A stretch of 64,000 bases of DNA, from assembly GCA_963678305.2 (NCBI GenBank), contig CAXXVV010000008.1, positions 34,437 to 98,436 on the forward strand, in the 5' to 3' direction. The DNA is from Victivallales bacterium (GTDB lineage Bacteria > Verrucomicrobiota > Lentisphaeria > Victivallales > Victivallaceae). Of this stretch, positions 29,021-38,571 are shown one piece after another. Position numbers and translations under genes: made by a program. Each line of letters starts with the position of its first letter. Positions within the stretch are counted from its first letter, which is position 1. The notes beneath the pieces were generated by a model. It was given only the letters and a program-made list of their open reading frames with translations. It did no database searches and was not told where the DNA came from.

Positions 29021-29548
29021 ATGGACGTAATTGAGATTGTTCAAGCAAAAATTCGCAGCATACCGGATTATCCGAAAGCGGGAATTATCTTTAAAGATAT
29101 TACCCCGGTACTCGGTGATGCGGAAGCGTTTGAAGCAACAATTGATGCGTTGGCGTCAGGACTGGACAAACTTGATATTAATTACATCGCCGGAATCGAG
29201 TCAAGGGGATTTATCTTCGGAGCCCCTTTGGCACGAAAGCTCGATTGTGGTTTCATTCCGATTCGCAAGGCCGGCAAACTTCCCTGGAAGACGCTTAAGG
29301 CAACTTACGAACTCGAATATGGAACCGCTGAAATAGAAATACATAGTGACTGTGCCGAGCCGGGTTCCCGGGTTGTGCTGGTGGATGATCTGCTGGCGAC
29401 GGGAGGAACTTCAGCGGCGGCGGCCGGTTTATTGGAACAAGTTGGTGCAAAGGTTGTTGCCATCAGGTTTTTGATGGAGTTGGCCTTTCTTAATGGTCGC
29501 AACAAACTTGATAACTGGCAGGTAGACAGCCTGATAGTCGAATCTTAA
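29021..29548 (+). CDS. apt: Adenine phosphoribosyltransferase
   Basis: YPKAGIIFKDITPVLGD, GIESRGFIFGAPLA, and the PRPP loop VVLVDDLLATGGT. Confidence 0.95.
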   Translation: MDVIEIVQAKIRSIPDYPKAGIIFKDITPVLGDAEAFEATIDALASGLDKLDINYIAGIESRGFIFGAPLARKLDCGFIPIRKAGKLPWKTLKATYELEYGTAEIEIHSDCAEPGSRVVLVDDLLATGGTSAAAAGLLEQVGAKVVAIRFLMELAFLNGRNKLDNWQVDSLIVES

Positions 29549-29570
29549 TGCGACATGGAAAGAAAAAAAT

Positions 29571-30386
29571 ATGACGAAATATGCGATTCTTAGCGATATT
29601 CACGCAAATACCGACGCCCTGAATGTGGTTTTGGAAAAATGCCGTGAATTGGAGGTTGATAAATACGTTTGCCTGGGAGATATTGTCGGGTACAATGCCG
29701 AGCCGAAAGAATGTATTCAAATAATCCGCGACTTAAACCCGGTTGCCGTCGTAAAAGGGAATCACGATGATTATGCATCCCGTAACGACGACCGGATGGA
29801 CGGCTTCAACCCGCATGCCCAGAGAGCGGTAATCTGGACTAAGAATCAGTTAGACGAAGAAGAACAAAATTACCTGGCAAGTCTGCCTTTACGCCGAACA
29901 ATTCCGGGAACCAATATTACCGCGGTTCACGCTACTTTGGATTCTCCAGACACCTGGGGTTACATTTTCGATTCTCACCATGCGGCCAACAACTTCACCT
30001 ACCAATTCACGCAACTTTGTTTCTGCGGCCACTCTCACGTTCCATTGGCATTTTGCAAACGTCCCATCACATCGATGATCGAAAAACCGATCGATGAGAT
30101 TTTGGAATGGGCGTACAATTCCGACGACGGGATGTTCCCGCGCGATCCAACCGTTGCAGACGAGGTGGTCCTTGAGCTTAAAACCGGTTACAAATATTTG
30201 CTTAACGTCGGTAGTGTCGGCCAGCCACGCAACCATGACCCGCGTGCTTCTTTCGCCGTTTATGACATGGCTGAAAAAACCGTTACCCGTTATCGGCTGC
30301 CTTATGATATCGAATCGGCCCAAGCCAAAATTCTCAGTGCTGAACTGCCGGAGCGTCTGGCTATCCGTTTAAGTAACGGCAACTAA
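29571..30386 (+). CDS. Metallophosphoesterase family protein
   Basis: ILSDIHAN, CLGDIVGY, GNHD and CGHSH motifs of the calcineurin-like fold. Confidence 0.8.
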   Translation: MTKYAILSDIHANTDALNVVLEKCRELEVDKYVCLGDIVGYNAEPKECIQIIRDLNPVAVVKGNHDDYASRNDDRMDGFNPHAQRAVIWTKNQLDEEEQNYLASLPLRRTIPGTNITAVHATLDSPDTWGYIFDSHHAANNFTYQFTQLCFCGHSHVPLAFCKRPITSMIEKPIDEILEWAYNSDDGMFPRDPTVADEVVLELKTGYKYLLNVGSVGQPRNHDPRASFAVYDMAEKTVTRYRLPYDIESAQAKILSAELPERLAIRLSNGN

Positions 30387-30425
30387 GCACTCGCGTTCGA
30401 ATTTCAGAACCAACGAAACGTTAAT

Positions 30426-31493
30426 ATGCTGGAAATTAGTGGAAACGAACCTGCTATTTTGATTATAAAACCCAGTAGTCTGGGAGATATCTTTCACGTA
30501 TTTCCGGCAATTGAAATGTTACGGCGTCATTGGCCGGGGGCCAGGATTGACTGGCTGGTTCGTTCTGAATTCATTCCTGCTTTGCAATTTTATCCGCATA
30601 TTCGCCGGACTATTGAATTTCCCCGCAAACAACTGGGCCTCAAGCTTTCTTTCCCTTCAGCACTGAGGCGGCTCATTAAAGATCTGCGAGCGGAAGAATA
30701 TGACATGGTCATTGACTTCCAGGGGCTTTTCAGGAGTGCATTTTTCACCAGGTGCGCCAAAACCGGCAATCGAGTCGGATTTGCTTCTCCACGCGAAAAA
30801 ATTGCCGGTTTATTCTATAATCGTAAACTGGCAATTCCGGCGCATTCGATTCACGCGCTTGAAAAAAATATCCAACTGGTATGCGCCCTGACGGAAGAAC
30901 CTTTTGAAGTGTTGAAACCGGAACTGATTCCGCCGCCACAAATTAAAAAGAACGTGGATGCCCTATTGGAAGGGTTCAGCGGAAAACCGGAAAATACTTT
31001 AGGAATTATTCCCGGAGCGAGATGGCCCAGCAAGCGGTGGGAACCTGAATTTTTCGCCAAGACAGTCGAGAAACTGCATAGAGAATCCCCGGATATGCAT
31101 TTTCTGATAATCGGCGGAGCTGACGATGCCGAAGCATCTGAGTTCATCTGCCGACATGCACCGGCCAGCCGGATTAAATCTTTAACGGGACAGACCGGAA
31201 TCGGCGAGCTGGTTGAGGTTATCAATCGCTGCCGGGCATTGTTAAGCGGAGACAGTGGACCAATCCATATTGCCGCGGCTCTGGATCGTAAAGTGTTCGC
31301 CCTTTTCGGCCCCACCAATCCTGAGCGAACGGGGCCTTACGGCGGAACCCATACGATATTTCAGTTGCCTCTGGACTGTATTATGTGCTTAAAGCGTGAA
31401 TGTCCAATCAATACTCTGGATTGCCACAACATTGAACCGGCTAATGTTGCCGCGGCAATCTGTCAAACTTTCAACAACGGAGAAACAAAATGA
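30426..31493 (+). CDS. Glycosyltransferase family 9 (LPS heptosyltransferase, WaaC/WaaF-like)
   Basis: ILIIKPSSLGDIFHVFPAIEMLRRHWPGARIDWLV parallels the WaaC N-terminus. The C-terminal block is GDSGPIHIAAALDRKVFALFGPTNP. Confidence 0.8.
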   Translation: MLEISGNEPAILIIKPSSLGDIFHVFPAIEMLRRHWPGARIDWLVRSEFIPALQFYPHIRRTIEFPRKQLGLKLSFPSALRRLIKDLRAEEYDMVIDFQGLFRSAFFTRCAKTGNRVGFASPREKIAGLFYNRKLAIPAHSIHALEKNIQLVCALTEEPFEVLKPELIPPPQIKKNVDALLEGFSGKPENTLGIIPGARWPSKRWEPEFFAKTVEKLHRESPDMHFLIIGGADDAEASEFICRHAPASRIKSLTGQTGIGELVEVINRCRALLSGDSGPIHIAAALDRKVFALFGPTNPERTGPYGGTHTIFQLPLDCIMCLKRECPINTLDCHNIEPANVAAAICQTFNNGETK

Positions 31494-32374
31494 AAAAGAA
31501 CGTATCAATATCCGTGTTTGCCTTTATGGTGTTTGTTCTATGCAGTTTTATCAGCCCGTCATCCCATGGACAGGTGGCGATGAAACTGCTGATGAGCAGA
31601 AAAAATTATTTACAGTATGAACCGGTTTACGCCAAAATAGTTATGCGCAATGACAGCGGCCGTCCGCTGGCCTTCGGACATGATGAAAAACTGCGCGGCA
31701 AACTGCTATTTGAAATAACCCGTCACGACGGGACCGTTGCCAGTCGGATCAGCAAGGATTCCCCATCTGTCATCGGAACGTTGCTGCGGCCGGGAGAAGT
31801 CAAGGAATTCGTCGTTCCCGTATCAGATTTTTATGATCTGAACGATCTTGGACGCTACAGGATAGTCGCGTATGTCTCCCATGCCAGTATGAAGAAACAA
31901 TACCAGTCCAATGAACATGGCTTTACGATAAAACCGGGGGTGCTGCTATGGAGCAGAACAGTTGGAGTACCCTCGTATGTCGCGGGTGACCATCAGGCGA
32001 AAAAGATCAAAACGGTTACCTACAAAATTAAATCACTGCATGACGGGCGGCGCAAAGTAATTTATATGAGTGTCGAAGATGATAAAGTTATTTATTCAGT
32101 CAAGAAAATCGGTTACGAAATGGCTGACACCATGCCTGCCTGTGAAACTGATTCTTTCAGCCGTCTGCATCTGCTTTTACGTTCAACCCCGAAAGTTTAC
32201 GGCTATTTCGTTTACAACCTGAAGGGAACGCTTGAACAACGCGCAGTGTATAAGACGACAAATACAATCCCGGTTCTGGTACACAGCGATAAAACAGGGA
32301 CTGTCATTGTCGCCGGCGGAACCAAAGCCACCAAGGACGTCGACTATAAATCAGGCACCGACAAACCTTTTTAA
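31490..32374 (+). CDS. Hypothetical secreted beta-rich protein
   Basis: Signal peptide MKKNVSISVFAFMVFVLCSFISPSSHG. An ATGA overlap links it to the GT9 gene. Confidence 0.5.
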   Translation: MKKNVSISVFAFMVFVLCSFISPSSHGQVAMKLLMSRKNYLQYEPVYAKIVMRNDSGRPLAFGHDEKLRGKLLFEITRHDGTVASRISKDSPSVIGTLLRPGEVKEFVVPVSDFYDLNDLGRYRIVAYVSHASMKKQYQSNEHGFTIKPGVLLWSRTVGVPSYVAGDHQAKKIKTVTYKIKSLHDGRRKVIYMSVEDDKVIYSVKKIGYEMADTMPACETDSFSRLHLLLRSTPKVYGYFVYNLKGTLEQRAVYKTTNTIPVLVHSDKTGTVIVAGGTKATKDVDYKSGTDKPF

Positions 32375-32513
32375 GGGTTGTCATATAATTTTTCATATTA
32401 ATATTTCAAGTGTTTGAAATGTAAATCGCAGTCTGTGAATTTGAATCGAAGCATTTAAGCAATATTATAACACGCATAGCAGCATAAGATCATATCTTGA
32501 ACAGGAGTAAATA

Positions 32514-33611
32514 ATGCTTGACCCGGTCAGCTGGCAATTAAATAATGGTGATATAATCCGAGTCCGTCCGCAATCACCTGCCAACCTGGACGGTTCCCTG
32601 CGCCTGATCGACCAGACACTCCTGCCTGAAAAACTGGAATATCTGGTAACCAATGATTTGGACGTCATCTATGATGCTATTAAACAATTGAAAGTCAGAG
32701 GCGCTCCGGCTATCGGTTGTGCCGCCGGTTTGGGACTGGCCGCTCATTGTCGCACGCTGCCGGAAGATGATTCCGAACAATTTATTGCCGCGGTAAAAAA
32801 GGCCGCGGAGTTTCTGGCCGCCTCCCGGCCCACCGCGGTCAATCTTTTCTGGGCGCTGAACCGGTGCATAAAAGTCCTTGAGAACGCATCGTCATCCTAT
32901 GTCGCGGAATTGAAGGATATCCTGACGCTTGAAGGTTTGGCAATTCTCGAACAGGACATTGAGTTGTGCCGGTCGATCGGTCAACACGGGGCAACGCTGC
33001 TTAAACCGGGAATGGGTATTTTGACTCACTGCAATGCCGGAGCTTTGGCGACCGGTGACTACGGTACCGCGTTATCTCCGGTCTACTGCGCTGCGGAACA
33101 AGGGGTTCCCGTGACCGTATACTCTGACGAAACCCGCCCTCTGCTGCAAGGATCACGTTTAACCGCCTGGGAACTGAACCACTCAGGTGTCGACGTCGTA
33201 ACAATTTGCGACAATATGGCGGCTCAGGTGATGAAAGAGGGAAAAGTCGATATCGTAATTGTCGGCACAGACCGGGTGGCCGCCAATGGCGATGTTGCCA
33301 ATAAGATCGGAACGTACGGGGTTGCGATTCTGGCCGCATGGCACAAAATTCCATTTTATGTGGCTACGCCTTATTCCACAATCGACCTCGAACTCGAACA
33401 CGGCGATTTGATTCCTATCGAGCAGCGCGATCCGCAGGAAATCCGTTGCGGCTTCGGCAAAGTAACCGCGCCTGAAAATGTGCGCTTCTATAATCCGGCT
33501 TTTGATGTTACCCCGCATGAACTGGTAACCGGTTTCATCACGGACCGCGGTATCATCACCCCGCCATTCAAAGAAAAAATAGCCGAACTGGTAAATTGCG
33601 GAGGCAATTAA
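32514..33611 (+). CDS. mtnA: S-methyl-5-thioribose-1-phosphate isomerase
   Basis: IDQTLLPEKLEYL, VRGAPAIG, RPTAVNL, THCNAGALAT and GTDRVAANGDVANKIGTY blocks of the eIF-2B/MtnA family. Confidence 0.9.
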   Translation: MLDPVSWQLNNGDIIRVRPQSPANLDGSLRLIDQTLLPEKLEYLVTNDLDVIYDAIKQLKVRGAPAIGCAAGLGLAAHCRTLPEDDSEQFIAAVKKAAEFLAASRPTAVNLFWALNRCIKVLENASSSYVAELKDILTLEGLAILEQDIELCRSIGQHGATLLKPGMGILTHCNAGALATGDYGTALSPVYCAAEQGVPVTVYSDETRPLLQGSRLTAWELNHSGVDVVTICDNMAAQVMKEGKVDIVIVGTDRVAANGDVANKIGTYGVAILAAWHKIPFYVATPYSTIDLELEHGDLIPIEQRDPQEIRCGFGKVTAPENVRFYNPAFDVTPHELVTGFITDRGIITPPFKEKIAELVNCGGN

Positions 33612-33613
33612 TT

Positions 33614-34336
33614 ATGTCTGAAGGTATCAAGTATTCCGTTGTTGTTCCCACTCTGAACGAAAAAGATAATATCGCCCCGCTGGTTGAAGCTATTGAAGCG
33701 GCAGGGCTAAGTGATTATGAAATAGTCATTGTCGACGAAAATTCTCCTGACGGGACTTATGACGAGGCAATGCGAATCGCCGCGGACAAGCCGCATTTGA
33801 CTCCGATGCTGAATGAAGGCAATCCCGGACTCAGCCCGAGTATCGTCCAAGGTTTCAGCCGCGCTAAAGGCGATTTTCTGTGTTGCATGGACGGCGACCT
33901 GCAACATGATATCGCGGCCCTGCCCCGCCTGTTCAAAACGCTCGAGGATGATTATGATATGGTCATCGGTTCGCGCTATGTCGAAGGCGGCGGCTTCAAA
34001 GAAAAATGGAGTCTGTCAAGAGTAATCATCAGTCGTACCGCCGCCCTGATGACTAAAATTCTGCTCAGGGTAACAGTAAAGGACCCGATGTCGGGCTATT
34101 TTCTGATCCGCAAGGACGTTTTCAATGAGGTGAAAAACAGATTGAATCCCAAAGGGTTCAAAATTATGTTGGAACTGCTGTTCCTGCTGGAAAACTCCGG
34201 GAAAAAGTACCGCATAACCGAATCGGGAATTATCTTCGGCTTGCGGGTTCATGGCGAAAGCAAATTGTCATTCAAAGTAATATTCCAGTTCCTGCAACTA
34301 CTGCTTAACCTGCGCCGCTCCCTGAAAAACAGTTAA
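33614..34336 (+). CDS. GT2 polyprenol-phosphate mannosyl/glycosyltransferase (Dpm1-like)
   Basis: ATG at 33614 has GGAGG 9 nt upstream. YSVVVPTLNEKDNI, IVIVDENSPDGT, CMDGDLQHD and GSRYV are present. Confidence 0.8.
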   Translation: MSEGIKYSVVVPTLNEKDNIAPLVEAIEAAGLSDYEIVIVDENSPDGTYDEAMRIAADKPHLTPMLNEGNPGLSPSIVQGFSRAKGDFLCCMDGDLQHDIAALPRLFKTLEDDYDMVIGSRYVEGGGFKEKWSLSRVIISRTAALMTKILLRVTVKDPMSGYFLIRKDVFNEVKNRLNPKGFKIMLELLFLLENSGKKYRITESGIIFGLRVHGESKLSFKVIFQFLQLLLNLRRSLKNS

Positions 34337-35484
34337 TTTTCTGTATGCTTTTTGGGCAGTCTTAAGTAAAATGTGGTCCCGTTTTCCTCTGAACTGGTAA
34401 AGGAGACTTTGCCTCCAAGGTATTTTTCTCCAAAAAGCTTAATACTGTAAGTACCGATTCCGCGTCCGGCCCCCTTGGTTGAAAAAGAGCGCTGGAACAT
34501 TTGCAGTTGCAGTTTTTTCGGCATATAACATGAATTATGGACCGAAAACACGACAAAGTCTTCGTCATCCATACACCCTAACGTCACTGTTTCTCCCGGC
34601 GAAGATGCCTCAAGCGCATTCTTTACCATATTGCCAATAACCCGGCGTGCAAGCACAACATCGGTTATGAGTTCAAGATTATCGGAAGCCGGATTTATTT
34701 TAATAGTCCGCTGATTCGCAACCTCATGTTCAGAATAAGAATTTGCGACGTCCTGCATCAGTCGAAGTGATTCTACCGTATTGATATCAATTTCAACCTC
34801 GCCGCGTTCCGCCGCCGCGAGTTGCCGGTGTGATTTCACTTCCTCGATCAAACGATCGGCAGCCCCTTGAATCAGTGAAACAGTCCTGATTGCGTCTTCA
34901 GGCTTTTTTCTGCGCATCAGAATCGAAGCCAAACCAGATATTCCGCCGGCTGAATTCATGATATCATGGTAAAACAACCTTTCCAGGCTCTGACGTCGTT
35001 TCTGGTCACTAATGTCCACCAGCAGGAAAATTACATAAGTATTCCCTTCAAAGACATACGGAGTAGCCCAGGCCTGCATGGTATAAGCCATATTTTCTTT
35101 AGTCAGCAAATGACATTCCTGACTTGACTGCGAACCATCCTGAGCACCGAGAATAGCTCCAACCGCCCCGCAAACCTGGCAGAATTCAGAGGTGCCGCAG
35201 CCTGCCGGCATTTTATCGGCGTACTCACAATTGAATAACTCTCCCGGTCGTTGTCCTTTGACCTCTTCTATTGATTTCACGCCCAAAACATCGAGCAATT
35301 GTTTATTAGCATAAACAACCTCCCTCTGCCGGTTGAGAACCATCATTAAATTAGGCACCGCGTCACCAAACTCCGCAAGCAGCAATTCATTGTGGAACAA
35401 AGAGACTTGACGGTCGAGTTCCACCGAATCAGTTCGTTCCGGAGCGGCAAAATGTGTATCCAGTGTTGCATTGACCATTTTCAA
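34333..35484 (-). CDS. Orphan sensor histidine kinase (PAS-like sensor with a 4-Cys motif, HisKA, HATPase_c)
   Basis: H-box FYHDIMNSAGG, N-box GNMVKNALEAS, G2 GAGRGIGTYSIKL. No response regulator gene is adjacent. Confidence 0.85.
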   Translation of the reverse strand: MKMVNATLDTHFAAPERTDSVELDRQVSLFHNELLLAEFGDAVPNLMMVLNRQREVVYANKQLLDVLGVKSIEEVKGQRPGELFNCEYADKMPAGCGTSEFCQVCGAVGAILGAQDGSQSSQECHLLTKENMAYTMQAWATPYVFEGNTYVIFLLVDISDQKRRQSLERLFYHDIMNSAGGISGLASILMRRKKPEDAIRTVSLIQGAADRLIEEVKSHRQLAAAERGEVEIDINTVESLRLMQDVANSYSEHEVANQRTIKINPASDNLELITDVVLARRVIGNMVKNALEASSPGETVTLGCMDDEDFVVFSVHNSCYMPKKLQLQMFQRSFSTKGAGRGIGTYSIKLFGEKYLGGKVSFTSSEENGTTFYLRLPKKHTEN

Positions 35485-35625
35485 TACCCTCCATATAATT
35501 TAAAATCAATCATTATCGCTTTATAAAACATAATATGCCCTTGTGAAAAATCAAGGATTACCGCAATTATAGTTGATAGATATCATATTCAGATTATTTT
35601 TTATTTAAAAACTTGTAAAGTAAAC

Positions 35626-35654
35626 TTGACATATTGTAAATAAAACATTACTAT
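35626..35654 (+). promoter_or_regulatory. Candidate promoter (TTGACA-17-TACTAT) for the membrane-protein/XRE pair
   Basis: Hexamers at 35626-35631 and 35649-35654, flanked by the direct repeats TTGTAAAGTAAA and TTGTAAATAAAA. Confidence 0.45.
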
Positions 35655-35696
35655 ATGTATAGGACAATTAACATTTTACTATGAAAGGCGAAAAAA

Positions 35697-36146
35697 ATGA
35701 ACCGTATGCAAAAAATTTCGTGGTTGACCGTAATTTGTCTTGGGACATCACTCATTTTAAGTGTTATCGTCGTAACTGTTCTTTACTTTAATATTGGATT
35801 TCCGCGAGCATGGGCCGGCCTGGGCTGTCTTGGACTCGGCGGCATCGCCGGCCTGGGCCCGGCAATTTTCAGGGAAGACAAAAATAAAATCCCGTTTGAT
35901 GAGCGCGACCGGTATATAAATCAAAAAGCCGCGTTTAACGGGTTTGCCATGTCATATATGGTTTTCGGTATTTTCTGTATGGGAATTTGGTGGTACCTGC
36001 GTCTGCATGGCAATGCGGCAATATCCATTAATATTCTCCCGTTGCTGTTCGCGGCAGGCGGGTTTACCTCGTTCTTTGTCCACGCAATGACAATTCTTAT
36101 CCTGTACAGGCGGGATAACTGCCTTGAGGAAAACGGCAATGACTGA
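35697..36146 (+). CDS. Four-TM membrane protein (DUF2178-like)
   Basis: 149 aa with four hydrophobic helices. It overlaps the following XRE gene by 8 nt, an arrangement often seen with small HTH regulators. Confidence 0.55.
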   Translation: MNRMQKISWLTVICLGTSLILSVIVVTVLYFNIGFPRAWAGLGCLGLGGIAGLGPAIFREDKNKIPFDERDRYINQKAAFNGFAMSYMVFGIFCMGIWWYLRLHGNAAISINILPLLFAAGGFTSFFVHAMTILILYRRDNCLEENGND

Positions 36147-36351
36147 GGAAAGAATAAAAAATAAGATCCGCCGCTGCCGCTTTGACTGTGATCAAATGAC
36201 CCAGCAGCAATTAGCTGAAAAAGCAGGAGTCACCCGGCAAACTATCATAGCGATCGAACAGGGGCGTTACTCCCCGAGCCTGCCTCTGGCAATCCGCCTC
36301 GCCAGAATATTCAACAAACAGGTTGAAGAAATATTTATCCTTGAAGACTGA
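36139..36351 (+). CDS. XRE-family helix-turn-helix transcriptional regulator
   Basis: MTQQQLAEKAGVTRQTIIAIEQGRYSPSLPLAIRLARIF is a canonical HTH_3. ATG at 36139 has GAGGAA 7 nt upstream. Confidence 0.85.
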   Translation: MTEERIKNKIRRCRFDCDQMTQQQLAEKAGVTRQTIIAIEQGRYSPSLPLAIRLARIFNKQVEEIFILED

Positions 36352-36383
36352 AAACAACCGGATCCAATAGTCTAAAAAGCATC

Positions 36384-36414
36384 GAAGCCCCAATCCGGGG
36401 CTTCTTGTGTTTTG
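36384..36414 (+). terminator. Rho-independent terminator between convergent genes; may act in both directions
   Basis: GAAGCCCC-aatcc-GGGGCTTC (36384-36404) followed by TTGTGTTTTG. The opposite strand also has a T-rich tail. Confidence 0.75.
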
Positions 36415-36415
36415 C

Positions 36416-37399
36416 TTATTCAGCCTTTCCGTAAACATCCATGCTTATTTTATCGAATTCGTCAAACATGATTCTTTGGGCTTCATCGCTATGACCGGCG
36501 CCGACCGGATCGCCATACCACCCGGGAAGAAAACCGCCGGATTTGCCGCCGAGATGTTTAAATAATGCTCTGCAATATGCCCTTATTTCAGCTTCAGAAC
36601 CGTGACACATTGTCTGCTGAATATCTACCGGACACCAGAATGCGATGCGTCCTCTGAAGCGTTCTCCAAGCAACTCCAGTCCCATATTCTCCTGCTGATC
36701 CATCTGGATAACATCAAGTCCCGCATCAATGAGATCATCAAGGATTTCCACAATATAGCCGCAACTGTGCAGGAAAGTCAACATCCCGGCATCATGTGCG
36801 GCTTTGTAAACTTTGGCATAAGCCGGTTTCCAAAATTCTCTCCAGGCGTCAGGACTTATCATCAAAGCATTCTGCAAACCCCAGTCATCACAAAACATAA
36901 AGCCGTCCGGTTTGTACTGAGCGTAGATATCTATCGCGTCCAGATTCATCTGCGTCAAAATACCGATCAACATTCTCAACTGTTCCGGATTCTCATAGAT
37001 ATCGATCCAGGTTTCTTCCAGGCCGCGTAGAAAGTGTACCCTTTCATACAAAGAAATTCCCCAGCAATGTATAAATTTATCCTGGTCTTCCTTTAAAACT
37101 CGTTTTATCTCATCATGATTCCAGCGACATGGAGCTTTAACATCCGGAATATTGAGTTTATCAAAATCATTCCAGTTTTTAAGCGGGAAATCTTTGACTT
37201 CACCCAATTTGCATATCCCGATGTTTTCCCAGACCGCCCCCCATTCATCGACAAATTCCCGCTGTCCACCCCCTCCTCTGGCATCGGGACTCGGAGTCAT
37301 TCCAATCCCGGAATAATCGGTATTTTCTTTTTTACTTGTCGCCAGTCGATCCGGAAATGAAAAATTTATCGTGCGTTTTACAACTTCTTTTGGAGTCAT
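36416..37399 (-). CDS. Uroporphyrinogen decarboxylase (URO-D) family protein, MtaA/CmuA-like
   Basis: 327 aa. LTFLHSCGYIVEILDDLIDAGLDVIQMDQ and FMFCDDWG blocks fit a URO-D-like TIM barrel. Confidence 0.6.
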   Translation of the reverse strand: MTPKEVVKRTINFSFPDRLATSKKENTDYSGIGMTPSPDARGGGGQREFVDEWGAVWENIGICKLGEVKDFPLKNWNDFDKLNIPDVKAPCRWNHDEIKRVLKEDQDKFIHCWGISLYERVHFLRGLEETWIDIYENPEQLRMLIGILTQMNLDAIDIYAQYKPDGFMFCDDWGLQNALMISPDAWREFWKPAYAKVYKAAHDAGMLTFLHSCGYIVEILDDLIDAGLDVIQMDQQENMGLELLGERFRGRIAFWCPVDIQQTMCHGSEAEIRAYCRALFKHLGGKSGGFLPGWYGDPVGAGHSDEAQRIMFDEFDKISMDVYGKAE

Positions 37400-37504
37400 T
37401 TTATATATCCTTTTAATTGATTTTATCTAAATTAGCGAATATTATATAATATATGTGTTTTTTAAGATAAATCGTTCAATTTTTCAGGCAGGAGAAATTT
37501 ATAC

Positions 37505-38371
37505 ATGCTGATCAAAAACGGTAAACGAATAGCATTTCAGTCTCAATTTGCCGGGATGCCGCTCATAACCGGTGCAGGTACGGATATCCTGCATAAACCG
37601 ATCAGCCTGGCACCGCATGTACATACCGGATATGAACTAACTTATCTGACCTCGGGTGAAGTTGTCTGGGAAACCGTCAGTGGAGAAGAGTTGCGCTTAA
37701 CCGGGGGCACAGCTGCGATAATCCAGCCCGGCGAGAGCCATTGCGGCCGCGGACATGTAATTACACCCGGAACCTTGTATTGGATCGTCTTTGACCCGAA
37801 AGTAAAAAATGCCGCAAAAAACTCGGTTTTTTCAAGGCGGGAATTAATTGACATGGATTCTTTTTTTGGAGGTTGCGGCAATGTCACCGTTGATTGCACC
37901 CCTCTGCTTGAAACCCTGAAAACGTTCAGACTTCTGCTTGATTATCTTGCTCAGGATAAGTCAAGCATCAGGATAGCGCAATTACGGGCGATTTTATGTC
38001 TGATCATCAGCGAATCATATAATCTTTTCAAAGCGGCCCCGACATGCAAAGCCTCCGAAATGGAGCTAGTGACCAGAAAATACATCGAAAAAAATCTGTC
38101 ATCACCGATTGCCGTAAAAGATCTGGCCGACCAGTTTGGATATTCAATTTCAGTATTCAGTGAACAATTCCGTCGTGAATGCGGCATGACGCCGGGTGAT
38201 TTTATCAGTCGGATCAAATGCCAGGCCGGAGCCGCCATGCTGCGAAAACCAAGGTTATCGATAACGGACATTGCGTTCAATCTGGGTTTTTCGTCCAGTC
38301 AATATTTCGCATCTGTCTTCAAGAAATATCACGGCACCACCCCGTCGCAATGGCGAAAAAACCAACCTTGA
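37505..38371 (+). CDS. AraC-family transcriptional regulator (cupin sensor + HTH_18)
   Basis: N-terminal cupin (HVHTGYELTYL...GESHCG). C-terminal region VKDLADQFGYSISVFSEQFRRECGMTPGDFI...IAFNLGFSSSQYFASVFKKYHGTTPSQWR. Confidence 0.9.
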   Translation: MLIKNGKRIAFQSQFAGMPLITGAGTDILHKPISLAPHVHTGYELTYLTSGEVVWETVSGEELRLTGGTAAIIQPGESHCGRGHVITPGTLYWIVFDPKVKNAAKNSVFSRRELIDMDSFFGGCGNVTVDCTPLLETLKTFRLLLDYLAQDKSSIRIAQLRAILCLIISESYNLFKAAPTCKASEMELVTRKYIEKNLSSPIAVKDLADQFGYSISVFSEQFRRECGMTPGDFISRIKCQAGAAMLRKPRLSITDIAFNLGFSSSQYFASVFKKYHGTTPSQWRKNQP

Positions 38372-38571
38372 AACATTCACCTATTCACCTAAAGACCAAT
38401 AACTTAAGAAAAAACATTAAACCACATACTGCTTTATTTTATTGGCATTTTTCACCTGTTGAACATTTGTTTGGATCTCTTACTGATGACTTACACATGA
38501 ATATAAAAGCAAGTTATGCAATTAAATCAGCAAAAAAATATCATATCGTAAAATGCAAAAATACTGTTTTA

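Noticed and set aside
32423-32438. The 16-mer AAATCGCAGTCTGTGA upstream of mtnA recurs with one mismatch at 42537-42552, upstream of ftsI (AAATCGAAGTCTGTGA). Similarly, CACATACTGCTT(T)ATTT occurs at about 8777 and about 38423.
   Set aside because: Over a 64-kb window on both strands, a rough estimate gives tens of 15/16 matches by chance. There are no additional copies and no structure, so I treat these as coincidence.
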